IMG/VR virus record: IMGVR_UViG_3300036829_000172
Location: 126,195 to 190,194 of that record
From: a virus
Taxonomy: Duplodnaviria; Heunggongvirae; Uroviricota; Caudoviricetes
DNA: 64,000 bases
Reading direction: 5' to 3' (one strand)
This document shows, one piece after another, positions 35,206 to 44,457 of the stretch. The notes beneath the pieces were generated by a model, which saw only the letters and a list, made by a program, of their open reading frames with translations, did not search any database and was not told where the DNA came from. Numbering within the stretch: position 1 is the stretch's first letter; every line of letters starts with the position of its first letter. A program made the translations under genes and the position numbers.

Positions 35206-35829
35206 ATGCGGCTTTCGCTCGGACAGATGATCCCGCGGCGGCTGATCCGCACAGTCCCCGAGCAGGGTGACGGCGAGCAGGAACGGCTGTGGAAAATCGC
35301 CCGCGACCTGCACCCCCGCTGGCAGCATGTGACCCTGCGCGACCCCATCGACCCGGCCGCGTTCCCGCTGACCAGCGGCCTGTGGCACCGCTGCCTGACC
35401 GGCGCGCAGCTGGCCGACCTGGTCCGCATCGAGGAGCTGTACCACCGGGGCGGCGTTTACATCGATTCCGACGTCGAATGCTACCGACCGTTCGATGTGC
35501 TGCGCACCGTCGACGCGTTCGCCGCCTGGGAGGACCGCGACCACATCCCCAACGCGGTGCTGGGCGCCAAACCCGGCCACCCCGCTATCGGCGAGCTCGT
35601 GAAACGGGCCGTCGAGATGATGCCATGCGACACCTGGGACATCGGCGTCGGTCTGACCACCGAAGTGCTGTCGACCCGTGACGATGTGCTGCTGCTGCCG
35701 CCCGGCAGCTTCTACCCCGTGCATTACCGAGTCAAGTGGCGCAGCGGGATGCCGTCGCGCACCGAAATCCTGAAAAGCAACCCCTGGGCGTTTTCCGCAC
35801 ACCACTGGGCGGGCTCATGGAAACCGTAA
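35206..35829 (+). CDS. glycosyltransferase, DXD-containing sugar-binding type (GT32-like; GGVYIDSDVEC)
   Basis: motif. Confidence 0.65.
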   Translation: MRLSLGQMIPRRLIRTVPEQGDGEQERLWKIARDLHPRWQHVTLRDPIDPAAFPLTSGLWHRCLTGAQLADLVRIEELYHRGGVYIDSDVECYRPFDVLRTVDAFAAWEDRDHIPNAVLGAKPGHPAIGELVKRAVEMMPCDTWDIGVGLTTEVLSTRDDVLLLPPGSFYPVHYRVKWRSGMPSRTEILKSNPWAFSAHHWAGSWKP

Positions 35830-36527
35830 AGGCGGTCGTAGCGGTGCCGTGGCGGTCCGACGGCGGGCGACGCGACCAGCTGTGGTCGTTCACCAGGTCC
35901 TGGATTCAGCGTCACCACGACTACCCGATCGTCACCGCAGACTCCGATCCGGGCCCATTTAATCGGGGGCAGGCGGTTAACCGCGCGGCCGTCCTCGGGG
36001 GGGATTGGCAAGTTCTGATTGTGCACGACGCCGACACCGTGGCCGACCCGCAACTTGTGAAGGAAGCCGTCCGGACAGCGGCCAGGCTGGGGCGGGTCGT
36101 CATGCCCTACGAGGTGTACATCTACCTCGACAAATACTCGTCGGACATGCTGATGGCCAGCGATGGACGGTTCCCGTTCCTCGCCCCGATCCCGTACACG
36201 GCCGATAACCGCTACGACGGCAAGTCAGTGATCCATCACGGCCACTCGGGTGTGGTGGTGTTTCCGCGGGCCGCGTTCGAAGCGGTCGGCGGGTTCATCG
36301 AATTGTCGGGCTGGGGCTACGAGGACTCGGTGATGGTGGAGCTGCTGCAGGTGTTCGCCGGCGGCACCGTGTGGCTGCGGGGCGGCGCGCTGCACCTGTG
36401 GCATCCGCACGCCTGCGACCAACGGCTGTCGGCGATCAATCTGCGTGAGCTGCAACGGATCCGGCTGGATCGGACGCCGCAGCGGCTGCGGACACTGCTC
36501 GCGCAGCGCGGCCACATCGTGCCGTAA
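35817..36527 (+). CDS. glycosyltransferase (GT2/galactosyltransferase-like; HDADT, GWGYED)
   Basis: motifs. Confidence 0.65.
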   Translation: METVKAVVAVPWRSDGGRRDQLWSFTRSWIQRHHDYPIVTADSDPGPFNRGQAVNRAAVLGGDWQVLIVHDADTVADPQLVKEAVRTAARLGRVVMPYEVYIYLDKYSSDMLMASDGRFPFLAPIPYTADNRYDGKSVIHHGHSGVVVFPRAAFEAVGGFIELSGWGYEDSVMVELLQVFAGGTVWLRGGALHLWHPHACDQRLSAINLRELQRIRLDRTPQRLRTLLAQRGHIVP

Positions 36528-36606
36528 CCGGACTGACAGCGGCGTGTCCGGCGTTTTGAAGCCGGGAAAGCCGGGCGGCTGGGCGATGATGAGCGTCGGA
36601 GTGGAA

Positions 36607-36726
36607 ATGAGCGCCGAAGATAAGGTCACCGCCATCATGAACCTGCTGCGTCACGGCCAGGTACTGGGCGCAGAGGAACTCCTGAAACAGATCCGCCGCA
36701 TCGCTGACAAGGAGCCCGATGACTGA
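36607..36726 (+). CDS. 39-aa hypothetical protein (alternative start 36586)
   Basis: short ORF. Confidence 0.3.
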   Translation: MSAEDKVTAIMNLLRHGQVLGAEELLKQIRRIADKEPDD

Positions 36727-37147
36727 CAACAAGCCCGCCAAGAAAGCCGCGGCGAAGAAAACACCAGCGAAGAAGGCGCAGAGCAAGAAGGCGGCGCAGC
36801 AGGTGCCGGCGTCGGCGCCCGTACGTCTTGAGGTCCGCCTCAACGGCAGGATCCGCTACGCCGACCAGGTGTATGACCCGACCTTCGACGTCACCGACGA
36901 CTCCGTCACGATCAGCGGCGGCCTCAAGCCGACCATGGTCGACGCGCCCGAGTTGCCGCCGCCGACGGTGTTCGCCGAGCAGACCGATGTGCGTGACGGT
37001 GAAGACTTCATCCCCCGGGTGCACTCCGGGCGGCGTGACCTGCCGCAGCAGGACACAGTGGTCACCGACTGGCCGGCGGGAAGCCCGCAGGCCGAGCAGG
37101 TCACCGAGGAGAAATCCGACGAGAAATCCGACGAGACTGATGAGTGA
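36719..37147 (+). CDS. hypothetical protein with Lys/Ala-rich histone-tail-like N-terminus (KKAAAKKTPAKKAQSKKAAQQ)
   Basis: ORF. Confidence 0.55.
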   Translation: MTDNKPAKKAAAKKTPAKKAQSKKAAQQVPASAPVRLEVRLNGRIRYADQVYDPTFDVTDDSVTISGGLKPTMVDAPELPPPTVFAEQTDVRDGEDFIPRVHSGRRDLPQQDTVVTDWPAGSPQAEQVTEEKSDEKSDETDE

Positions 37148-37811
37148 TACCGATACCTCTGTGGTGGGTACTGCTGGTGTTCCTGCCGACGCTGGCGATG
37201 ATCCTGTCCGGACTGGACTGGCCGCGATCCCCGCCGAAGTCGTGATCCGCCACACCTGCCACTGCAAAGCCGCGGTCGAACCGCCGGCACCAGGCGAACC
37301 TGAGGAGCATGTGTTCACCGTCGACGGGCACGACTTCCCCTACCTGCTGGCCGCCGAAAACCCCGAGGTGAGCAGGGTCGCCGACAACCTGTACAAGATC
37401 GGCGTCACAATCGTCCTGTTCGACAAGGAAACGAGGCAGGTGCTGCCGTTCACCTACCGCCCGAACGGCTACGGCGGCGTGCCATGCATACCGGTCATCG
37501 ACGGCCGCGACTTCCCGTTCACCTGCGACGACAGCGGCTGCCAGCTGAACTTCAGCCACAAGACGCTGCCCACCCTGCAGCTGGTGTTTTACGCCCACCA
37601 CGTCACCGGCAACATAGCCATCCAGGACCGGCGCCGCGGCAAAGCCGCCTACGACGGCGGCGGCGGCGACCGGATCGCGGCCGGCAAAGAAGAATGCTTC
37701 GCGTGCGGCGACCTACTCGACGACCAGCGTGAGCTGTTCGCCCACATCGACGCGCGCCACCCCGAGCACGTCCGGCACAGCGAGCACGGCAAACGCTACC
37801 GAGTTTCATAG
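37140..37811 (+). CDS. hypothetical protein, Cys/His-rich C-terminus
   Basis: ORF trimmed (ATG 37140). Confidence 0.6.
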   Translation: MSDTDTSVVGTAGVPADAGDDPVRTGLAAIPAEVVIRHTCHCKAAVEPPAPGEPEEHVFTVDGHDFPYLLAAENPEVSRVADNLYKIGVTIVLFDKETRQVLPFTYRPNGYGGVPCIPVIDGRDFPFTCDDSGCQLNFSHKTLPTLQLVFYAHHVTGNIAIQDRRRGKAAYDGGGGDRIAAGKEECFACGDLLDDQRELFAHIDARHPEHVRHSEHGKRYRVS

Positions 37812-37819
37812 GAGGAACC

Positions 37820-38857
37820 GTGACATACCAGACCGCTCTTGCGCCGCACGGACGTCCGCTGCGGCTGGGTAAGCAACCGGCCACCCGCACCAAGAAGCTG
37901 ATCCCGTTCACCCGGTTCCTCGACGTCAGTGTCCTGCCGCCGCTGCCCGCAGGTGACTTCGGCCACGACTCCCTGGTCCGCGGCAACTGGGGCATGCTGG
38001 GCAACGCCGATTACGGTGACTGCGTGTGGGCCGGAGCTGACCATGAACACATGCTGTGGCTGGCCGAAAGCGGCTCCCTGTCCGATCCGACCACCCTGTT
38101 CTCCGACGACACCGCGCTCGCCGACTATGCGCAGCAGACCGGGTTCAACCGCAACGACCCGAACACTGATCAGGGCACCGACATGGAAGCCGCCGCGTCC
38201 TACCGGCGCAAAACCGGCATCATCGACGTCAACAACACCCGTCACCTGATTGGCGCCTACGTCGACGTAGACCCCGGCAACATTCAAGAGCTGTGGTATG
38301 CGATGTGGCTGTTCGACGGCGTCGGAATCGGTGTCGAATTCCCGAGCGCCTGGATGGACGCGTTCAACCAGGGCCCCAACGGTCTGTGGGACAAAGTGAC
38401 CCGCCCCAACATCGAGGGTGGGCACTACATCGCCGGTGTCGCGCGCACCGGCGGCCGCGCTAACATCATCACCTGGGGCGACGATCACCCGCGGTTGACG
38501 GTGGCGGGCTATCAGCAGTTCAACGACCAGACGATGGCCTACGCCAGCCAGGAAAAGCTGCACTCCGGTGTGGACACCAACGGCTACGACTGGCCCGGCC
38601 TGCTGGCGCTGATCCAGGACCTCACCGGCGGCAACGTGCCGGTGCCGCCGAAGCCCACCCCGACCCCGACCCCGACGCCCACCCCCACACCGGCCCCGAC
38701 TCCGACACCCACCCCGACACCCACACCGGTGACGGACTTCCCGGTGGCGCCGGTCGGTGCGTGGCTGGACCGCAAACACAACTACACCCGCCGCGAAGAG
38801 AACGCGGCTAGCGCCATCTCGACGTGGGCCGGCGCCAACGGAATCGTGTTCCCCTGA
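37820..38857 (+). CDS. putative papain-like cysteine peptidase (GDCVWAG ... GGHYIAG) with (PT)n linker and small C-terminal domain
   Basis: SD aggagg + GTG; Cys/His dyad pattern only, weak. Confidence 0.5.
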   Translation: MTYQTALAPHGRPLRLGKQPATRTKKLIPFTRFLDVSVLPPLPAGDFGHDSLVRGNWGMLGNADYGDCVWAGADHEHMLWLAESGSLSDPTTLFSDDTALADYAQQTGFNRNDPNTDQGTDMEAAASYRRKTGIIDVNNTRHLIGAYVDVDPGNIQELWYAMWLFDGVGIGVEFPSAWMDAFNQGPNGLWDKVTRPNIEGGHYIAGVARTGGRANIITWGDDHPRLTVAGYQQFNDQTMAYASQEKLHSGVDTNGYDWPGLLALIQDLTGGNVPVPPKPTPTPTPTPTPTPAPTPTPTPTPTPVTDFPVAPVGAWLDRKHNYTRREENAASAISTWAGANGIVFP

Positions 38858-39756
38858 TGCCTACCTCGTTGACATTTTTCCCGGTGACGGGCAATTACAA
38901 CGCGGTCGCTGACCCGAGCATCTCCGGTGTCCTCAACACTCCGGTGGTGCAGCCGGTGTCGGCGCTGGTGACATTCACGCCGCGGCTGCTCAAAGGGCAG
39001 CTAATGTACGTGGAGGATTACCTGGTCACCGAAGCGTACAGCGCGGAGCAGACCGTCAACGTGCTCGGCGAGCCGGTCAGCGGCACGTGGACGTTGCAGT
39101 ACCTGACCGACATCACCACCCCGCTGCCGTTCGACGCGACGCCGGCCGCTGTGCAGGCCGCGCTGCGGGCGTTGCCGTCCATCGGCGGGGCCAACGTCAA
39201 CGTGGTCGCCGACATCGAGCCGGAGGCCTACCAGGTCCAGTTCACCGGGGCGCTGGCCAACCAGCAGATCCCGGTGCTCGTCGGCAACGCTGACCTGCTC
39301 GTCAACGCGCAAGGTGCCGGGTTCTGTGAGGTCACTGTCGCGCCGACCGCGCTGGGTTCCGCGCAGATCGTGGCCGACACCGCCATCGCGCTGCCGCCGC
39401 TGACCGCGCGGATCTGGAACGGGGTGCTCTCGACGATCGACCGGACCGACACGCCGGGCTTTCAGCTTGCCGCCAACATTCCGCAGCTCAACCTGGGCGC
39501 GGATCTGATCTACGACGTCACGTTCGATGACGTGACGTTCAACGGCGAAAACCAGATGTTCGCACCGTTCGGGTTCACCGCGCCGACCGACGCGACCGGC
39601 GTGTGCATCACCGACCCGATGCTGCAGATGCTGCCGTGGGAGAAACCCAACCAGACGGTGTGGACCCCACCCGGTTCCACACCCATGAACGTGGCGTCCC
39701 TGACGCAGGCCCGTACAGCCCGCAACGACTGGCGCGCCAGGGCGATGAGCGGCTAG
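38857..39756 (+). CDS. hypothetical protein (possibly virion-associated; beta-rich, no motif)
   Basis: ORF trimmed. Confidence 0.55.
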   Translation: MPTSLTFFPVTGNYNAVADPSISGVLNTPVVQPVSALVTFTPRLLKGQLMYVEDYLVTEAYSAEQTVNVLGEPVSGTWTLQYLTDITTPLPFDATPAAVQAALRALPSIGGANVNVVADIEPEAYQVQFTGALANQQIPVLVGNADLLVNAQGAGFCEVTVAPTALGSAQIVADTAIALPPLTARIWNGVLSTIDRTDTPGFQLAANIPQLNLGADLIYDVTFDDVTFNGENQMFAPFGFTAPTDATGVCITDPMLQMLPWEKPNQTVWTPPGSTPMNVASLTQARTARNDWRARAMSG

Positions 39757-39947
39757 TGCCGTACATAGCGCAGCAGCACGGCCGTCGATCCCGCACCCGC
39801 GCGATCGACGATCCCCGCCACGACGCGCTGGACGCGCTCCTCGCCGCGGTCACCCGCGCGATCGACGACGTGGCGCTACCAGAGATACCCCGCTGGCAGG
39901 ACGGCCCGTGGATTCGGACCGCTGACCCGAAACCCGAGTACCTATGA
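39756..39947 (+). CDS. 63-aa hypothetical protein
   Basis: GTG overlap. Confidence 0.3.
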   Translation: MPYIAQQHGRRSRTRAIDDPRHDALDALLAAVTRAIDDVALPEIPRWQDGPWIRTADPKPEYL

Positions 39948-40047
39948 ACCGTGACCAGGTGCGTTGCCTTATTGGGTGGGCGGCGATGTCGGCCGGTGCG
40001 ATCGAGGCCGGACTGATCCTGCGGTTCTTCTTCCAAGGCAGGTACGG

Positions 40048-40464
40048 ATGAGCGACGACGACCTGTACTCCGATGTCCCCGAATCCGACGACTCGATCAA
40101 ATGGGTCCGCCGGCCCACCAACACCCGCACCATCCGGTCCAGCCACGCCTACAAAACCGCGCACGACCAGTACCGCATCGAATGCATGGTCCGCCGCCAA
40201 CCCGACGGCAGCGTCGGCGACCCCTGCTGCATCTGCACCGACCGGGACGGGGAGCCGCAACGCATCGACTACGGCCTGGCCTACCCGCACCCGCTGTCGT
40301 GGAGCCTTGAACACCACATCTCCGTCAAAGACCACCCCGAACTACTCCTTGAGAAAAACAACTGGGGCAGCGCGCATTTCGCCTGCAACAGCATGAAAGG
40401 CCCCGACGAGCTGATCACCAACTCCGATTTGGGTGTCCCGTCAGAAGATTGGGAAGCGCTGTAG
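40048..40464 (+). CDS. HNH endonuclease (CCICTD...LEHHIS...N...AHFACN)
   Basis: motif; start uncertain (39964 alternative). Confidence 0.6.
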   Translation: MSDDDLYSDVPESDDSIKWVRRPTNTRTIRSSHAYKTAHDQYRIECMVRRQPDGSVGDPCCICTDRDGEPQRIDYGLAYPHPLSWSLEHHISVKDHPELLLEKNNWGSAHFACNSMKGPDELITNSDLGVPSEDWEAL

Positions 40465-41141
40465 TGGATGAGGGGTTCGTCAACGCCCAAGCCGGCGCGT
40501 GGCTGCAATACCGCGCCCGCTCCGCGCACGACGAAACCGCGAACGGGCCCGGCTCATACCTGCGCAACACCGAAGCCGTGCGGGCGTGGCTACCGCACGT
40601 GTTCGCCACCTACGGCATCGAATCGATGCTCGACGTGCCCTGCGGCGACTGGAACTGGATGCACCAGGTTGACCTCACCAGCATGGAGTACACCGGCTGG
40701 GATGTGGAACCCACGACCATCGCGCAGAACAAGATCCGGTACGGATACAGTCACTGGCATTTCGAGTGCGTGAACCTGCTGACGGTCGAGCGGCTGCCCG
40801 CCGTCGACCTGATCTTCTGCCGCAAATTCCTCACCCACCTACCCAACACGGCGATCCGCCACGTACTGGACAAGTTCCTGGACAGTGGCGCCCACTACCT
40901 GATTGCCGACAACTACCACGCCGCCAACGACGTGGCCTGCCCCCTCGACGGGGGACACACCGGCGCGGTCGGCAGCCCAACACCCTTACCCGGCTACTAC
41001 TACCGGCCCGTCAACCTCGAAGCCGACCCGTTCAACCTGCCCAGCCGTGTCGAAGCGATCGACGAACCCGGCCTGCCCGGCGAACAGTACGCCGACATCC
41101 GTCAGGAGATGGTCCTGTTCGACCTGCAACAGCCGCGGTGA
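40464..41141 (+). CDS. class I SAM-dependent methyltransferase (LDVPCGDWNW motif I)
   Basis: motif. Confidence 0.65.
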   Translation: MDEGFVNAQAGAWLQYRARSAHDETANGPGSYLRNTEAVRAWLPHVFATYGIESMLDVPCGDWNWMHQVDLTSMEYTGWDVEPTTIAQNKIRYGYSHWHFECVNLLTVERLPAVDLIFCRKFLTHLPNTAIRHVLDKFLDSGAHYLIADNYHAANDVACPLDGGHTGAVGSPTPLPGYYYRPVNLEADPFNLPSRVEAIDEPGLPGEQYADIRQEMVLFDLQQPR

Positions 41142-41578
41142 CGACCACGTTGTGTCGCACCGACGACGGCGTCCTGATCTGCAAATACGGTGAGGTCGAA
41201 GACTTCCCGTCGACCGTGATGCACGAACCCGACAACGCGCGGGCCTGCGTGCATTTGACCGGGCCGATGCCGCGGATCTTCCTGGTGCGCCGCCGCCCGG
41301 TCGAACAGCTGAACTTTCAGCCGCGGATCATGTCAGACCGCGGCCGCCGCCCGATCATCGCCGCCCGCAACTACAGCACCCTGACGCTGAGCGTCGATCT
41401 GATCGGCCCGGTCAGCATGACCCACCCGCAACGCGGACGGGCCCGCCGCGACCACCGGGTCGTCAACCACTGGCACTTCACCCTCACCGAGATCGAAGAC
41501 GACGACGAATACGCGCACCGGCCACGGCTGCTCGCAGTGCGGAAATCTTCCCCAGCCAGCGCGCCCCCATACCGATAG
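41138..41578 (+). CDS. hypothetical protein
   Basis: GTGA overlap. Confidence 0.55.
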   Translation: MTTTLCRTDDGVLICKYGEVEDFPSTVMHEPDNARACVHLTGPMPRIFLVRRRPVEQLNFQPRIMSDRGRRPIIAARNYSTLTLSVDLIGPVSMTHPQRGRARRDHRVVNHWHFTLTEIEDDDEYAHRPRLLAVRKSSPASAPPYR

Positions 41579-41681
41579 CAACACCAGGCAGGATCGCGGC
41601 TGCGAAGACCGCGCCGACGCTCACGGCCGCTGGCAAATCAAACACCCCAACCACGGCCAAATCAAACGCCCGGACCCATGG

Positions 41682-41888
41682 TTAGGCAGCCTTCACCCCT
41701 TTCAGGATTTTGGCAACTAACTCACGGGTGACACCCACCTGCTCGGCCAGCGTGGTGTATGAAAATCCGCCGGTCGCATACAACCGGCGGATAGCCGCGT
41801 CACGCTCACGACGGAAATGGCCCGCCAGACGCACATGCTCTTGCGATTGTCTGTGCGCCTCGCGGGCCAACACGGCTAACGGGTCCAC
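41682..41888 (-). CDS. small HTH protein (SYTTLAEQVGVTRELVAKI), downstream of rsr on the same strand
   Basis: ORF. Confidence 0.55.
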   Translation of the reverse strand: MDPLAVLAREAHRQSQEHVRLAGHFRRERDAAIRRLYATGGFSYTTLAEQVGVTRELVAKILKGVKAA

Positions 41889-41900
41889 CGACCACCTGCC

Positions 41901-43715
41901 TCAGATACGGCCAGCCGAGAAATCGGTGATCATCTGCGGCACGTTGGTGTCCATCCCGACGACATGGCAGCAGCCGGCATCCTGAGGATCGATGATCGAA
42001 TAGCCCTTCGGTGTCATCGACACGGCGACCATCTTGGCGTTCGGGTTCATCCGCTCCCGGTACAGGCGCAGCGCTTGGAACGGATGCTGCGACCCGGCCC
42101 ACGACTCCTCGTCGGTGAGCAGCGTGAATGTATCGACCACCTGCCGGTTCTGCAGCGCCCACAGGATCGGTGCCGCGCAGTCGGTGCCGCCGTTGGGCTG
42201 GTGACGCATGTAGGTCAGCACATCGTCGAGGCGTTGCCGCTTGCTGATGCTCAACGGCCACGCGCTGATGTTGAACCCGATGTGGATCACCTCGGGTTCG
42301 GTGCTGCCCATCACCAGCGCGAGCGCCCCGGCCACCTCGAGCGCCTTGAGCGGCAGCCCGCCGGCGGCGTTGAAGCTCATCGAACTCGACACGTCCACTG
42401 CATTCAGGGTGCGCTTGCCGGCAGGTTCGACCGCGTCGAATGAGAGGTAGAAACCGTCGTGCAGCGCGTCGATGACGTTCGGTGTAGGCGGCCAGGTGGA
42501 GTCGCCGCGTGCGCTGCGGCCCGACGCGTAGGTGCGCTGCGCGACGAGCAGGTTGATCGGATGCACCCGGCCCCACTTCAGCCGCTGCACATCGGTCAAC
42601 TGCCCGACAATTGTCCGGCCCGTGTCACCTGTGGTCAGGCCGAGCCGGGTCAGGCGCGGCAACTGCTTGATCAGCGCTGTGGGTGGCACACCCTTGGCGA
42701 GCATCGCTTCCCACACCACCTGCTGGTTGATCAGCCGGTCGGGCAGCATCTCCCACGACAGGTCATACATGTCGATCAGCGCGGCCGCGTCCTGCGCGCT
42801 GGCGTTCTGCACCTGCTCGTACGCGCCGACCAGGTCCGGCAGGACGCCGACCCGCTCCGACGACCACTCAGGAACCGAGTACGTGTTGGCTGGCAGTGGT
42901 CGATGATCGAGGCCGGCGATGAAGTCGGCGAGTGGTTGCCCGCCGTTGACGTTTCGCGGCCTCTTCGTACGCAGGCGCGCGTCAAGCGTGCCGGCGGCTT
43001 CGGGGGTGAGGACCTGAACGCCAGCGGCGCGGTCCCGGTGGGTACGGGAGATCAGGTTGATCCTGCGGCGGTCACGAGGGCCGCCATCGGCCATCGTGTC
43101 GACCACGTAGCGGTACAGATTGTCGCGGACCTGGTCGTCGGGCTGTGGGTGGCTCAGCGCGAGCAGGTCAGCGTGGCGCCAGCCTTCACGCTGCCGGTAC
43201 TTGAGCAGCTGGTAGGTCAGCTTGTCGATGTCCTTGGCGTTGTACCAGGCGCCGATGTAGCGGCGCAGGCCGCGTCCCCACCCGCGGAACTGCTCCACGT
43301 AGGTCGCGAAAATGTTCAGATGGGTGGTGGTGCGGCACACCTTCGGCAGCGCCTGCAACGCATAGACACGCCCCGCTTCGTCGGCCTCAGCGGCGGCGAG
43401 CGCGAGCGCGAAGATTGCCGGGTTCTGCTTGGGTGCGCGTCCAGCCAGCGACACCTCAACGATGGTGTCGACGAGGGTGCGGGCATCGCTGCGCGCCATG
43501 CGGGTCACCACGTCGGCGCTTTGCCGGGCCAGGTCGGGCCCGCTGGTGTAGTAGGTGCCGCCGGTGACGCCGAGGACCAGGAACCGCTTGAGTTGCACGA
43601 GGTCGTCGACGGCGAAGCCGTGGCCGCCGGCGGCGTTGGGTACCGTCGCGTTCCCGGCGGGCTGGGTCTGTGGGGTCGTGCGGGTCGAGAATCCTCGCAG
43701 GGCATCGGCTGTCAT
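41901..43715 (-). CDS. rsr: Ro60/Rsr ortholog: TROVE domain plus C-terminal vWA with MIDAS VDVSSSMS
   Basis: start set at the ATG preceded by caccccacgagaaaggaaacacacc (same conserved leader as + strand genes). ORF 41901..43844 is an N-terminal over-extension. Confidence 0.9.
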   Translation of the reverse strand: MTADALRGFSTRTTPQTQPAGNATVPNAAGGHGFAVDDLVQLKRFLVLGVTGGTYYTSGPDLARQSADVVTRMARSDARTLVDTIVEVSLAGRAPKQNPAIFALALAAAEADEAGRVYALQALPKVCRTTTHLNIFATYVEQFRGWGRGLRRYIGAWYNAKDIDKLTYQLLKYRQREGWRHADLLALSHPQPDDQVRDNLYRYVVDTMADGGPRDRRRINLISRTHRDRAAGVQVLTPEAAGTLDARLRTKRPRNVNGGQPLADFIAGLDHRPLPANTYSVPEWSSERVGVLPDLVGAYEQVQNASAQDAAALIDMYDLSWEMLPDRLINQQVVWEAMLAKGVPPTALIKQLPRLTRLGLTTGDTGRTIVGQLTDVQRLKWGRVHPINLLVAQRTYASGRSARGDSTWPPTPNVIDALHDGFYLSFDAVEPAGKRTLNAVDVSSSMSFNAAGGLPLKALEVAGALALVMGSTEPEVIHIGFNISAWPLSISKRQRLDDVLTYMRHQPNGGTDCAAPILWALQNRQVVDTFTLLTDEESWAGSQHPFQALRLYRERMNPNAKMVAVSMTPKGYSIIDPQDAGCCHVVGMDTNVPQMITDFSAGRI

Positions 43716-43741
43716 GGTGTGTTTCCTTTCTCGTGGGGTGT

Positions 43742-43811
43742 AGGCGAAGTAAGGGGGTTGACCGGCACTTGGTTTCTCCAGCAGAAAAGGTAACCGATCG
43801 AAATCCGGCCC
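43742..43811 (-). ncRNA. Y-RNA-like unit 1 (70 nt): 5' GGGCCGGA..UCGGUUAC, 3' ...ACUUCGCCU
   Basis: tandem unit upstream of rsr, same strand. Confidence 0.45.
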
Positions 43812-43833
43812 ACACCAACACGTTTGACGACGC

Positions 43834-43898
43834 AGGCGAAGCAATGGCCAGCCGGGTTCTAACTAATGGATGGAAGATAACCGACTGATATCCGGCCC
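43834..43898 (-). ncRNA. Y-RNA-like unit 2 (65 nt; 3' end GCUUCGCCU)
   Basis: conserved ends. Confidence 0.45.
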
Positions 43899-43921
43899 GC
43901 GCCGGACAGTTTTGGGGTGAC

Positions 43922-44049
43922 AGGCGAAGTAGACGCTACCGGCGTTTTAGCGCTCTATCTTGAGCTACAGGGCAGCTAGGCCACCCTGGCGGGATTCGAT
44001 ACCCGCAACCTCTCTCTTAGAAGGAGTTAACCGACAGCAAGTCCGGCCC
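43922..44049 (-). ncRNA. Y-RNA-like unit 3 (128 nt) with T-arm-like hairpin GCGGG-UAUCGAAU-CCCGC
   Basis: conserved ends + tRNA-like module. Confidence 0.5.
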
Positions 44050-44072
44050 GTCACCGAAAAGTTGGGGGGTCT

Positions 44073-44215
44073 AGGCGAAGTGTGAGCATCCGGCGCACCG
44101 GTTTCCCGGCAACCGGGCGAACCCGGTTCGGAGTGTTTAGTCCTGTCACTCCATCGGCGTTTTATGTGGTCCACCTGACGACCTGGCGACAGATAACCGA
44201 ACCGCTCGCCGGCCC
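44073..44215 (-). ncRNA. Y-RNA-like unit 4 (143 nt) with UUCG tetraloop hairpin CCGGG-UUCG-CCCGG
   Basis: conserved ends. Confidence 0.5.
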
Positions 44216-44239
44216 AGACCCAACAGTTTTCGGGGGCGC

Positions 44240-44342
44240 AGGCGAAGTAATGGACACCGGTGCCCCGAAGGGCTATCAGCACCGAAGTGCCGACAGGATT
44301 CGAACCTGCAATCACCAAGTTAACCGATCTCGCGTCCGGCCC
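44240..44342 (-). ncRNA. Y-RNA-like unit 5 (103 nt): canonical T-arm GCAGGUUCGAAUCCUGU plus two C(UUCG)G hairpins (GCAC-UUCG-GUGC, GCCC-UUCG-GGGC)
   Basis: tRNA-mimic features as described for bacterial YrlA RNAs; does not fold into a full cloverleaf. Confidence 0.55.
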
Positions 44343-44378
44343 GCGCTCCCTATGTAATTCTCAAAGTCCCAGCGCGTA

Positions 44379-44407
44379 ACTGTAGACGCCGTTCCACAGC
44401 CCGGCAA
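44379..44407 (-). promoter_or_regulatory. candidate minus-strand promoter for the ncRNA array: TTGCCG-N17-TACAGT
   Basis: hexamers read on the minus strand. Confidence 0.35.
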
Positions 44408-44457
44408 GTGTTTTTTGCTGTGGGCGTGTCGCCACGGTAAAGGATAGATCCGCTAGC

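Noticed and set aside
38584-38781. Minus ORF encoding (GV)n
   Set aside because: Antisense of the PT-repeat linker in gene 37820.
41901-43844. Long form of rsr ORF (647 aa, start at 43844)
   Set aside because: The N-terminal 43 codons overlap ncRNA unit 1 and lack an RBS. The internal ATG at 43715 carries the conserved CACGAGA leader.
44240-44342. Canonical tRNA gene (GGTTCGAATCC T-loop on the minus strand)
   Set aside because: No complementary acceptor stem or D/anticodon arms could be assembled around the T-arm. It is reported instead as a tRNA-like module of a Y-RNA-like unit. tRNAscan-SE should still be run.
43742-44342. CRISPR array
   Set aside because: Units are 65-143 nt with variable internal sequence and no constant short repeat with unique spacers. 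There are no cas genes.
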